NCBI GenBank assembly: GCA_030390025.1
Contig: CM059441.1
Coordinates: 67,146,001 to 67,210,000 of the forward strand
Reading direction: 5' to 3'
Source of the DNA: Squalus acanthias
Taxonomy: Eukaryota
DNA length: 64,000 bases
Below the pieces are notes generated by a model. It had not been told where the DNA came from. It saw nothing but the letters and a program-made list of their open reading frames with translations, and made no database searches. This document shows, piece by piece, positions 63,944 through 64,000 of the stretch; position 1 is the first letter of the stretch, and every line of letters begins with the position of its first letter. Position numbers and translations under genes: made by a program.

Positions 63944-64000
63944 CTGAAGAACAGAACATTCTGATGAGTGAACACAAACCACTTAAAAAAAAATACTTCA

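Overview
Vertebrate genomic DNA. The repeat content (CR1 LINEs with TTCTTATG tails, DeuSINE/SacSINE1-like SINEs, Penelope-like elements) points to a cartilaginous fish. The window holds two minus-strand genes. NUDCD3 is complete: 6 coding exons from 47037 down to 16210, all GT-AG, 362 aa. About 9 kb upstream of it lie the last four coding exons of an X-family polymerase best read as POLM (63943 down to 56317). Much of the rest is nested transposable elements: CR1 and L2 LINE fragments, two tRNA-derived SINE families, a PIF/Harbinger-type MITE, a hAT-type MITE, a probable solo LTR and a Neptune-type Penelope-like element (PLE). Three observations stand out. (1) A family of short PLE derivatives, most with visible target-site duplications (TSDs), carries a minimal hammerhead ribozyme; three are fold-back palindromes whose junction sits at the ribozyme core. 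(2) An intact-looking hammerhead lies about 460 nt upstream of the NUDCD3 start codon, on the sense strand. (3) The POLM has a TdT-like DHFTKCF motif alongside the POLM-type NSH motif. Exon coordinates were checked base by base; most repeat boundaries are approximate. No database searches were run.
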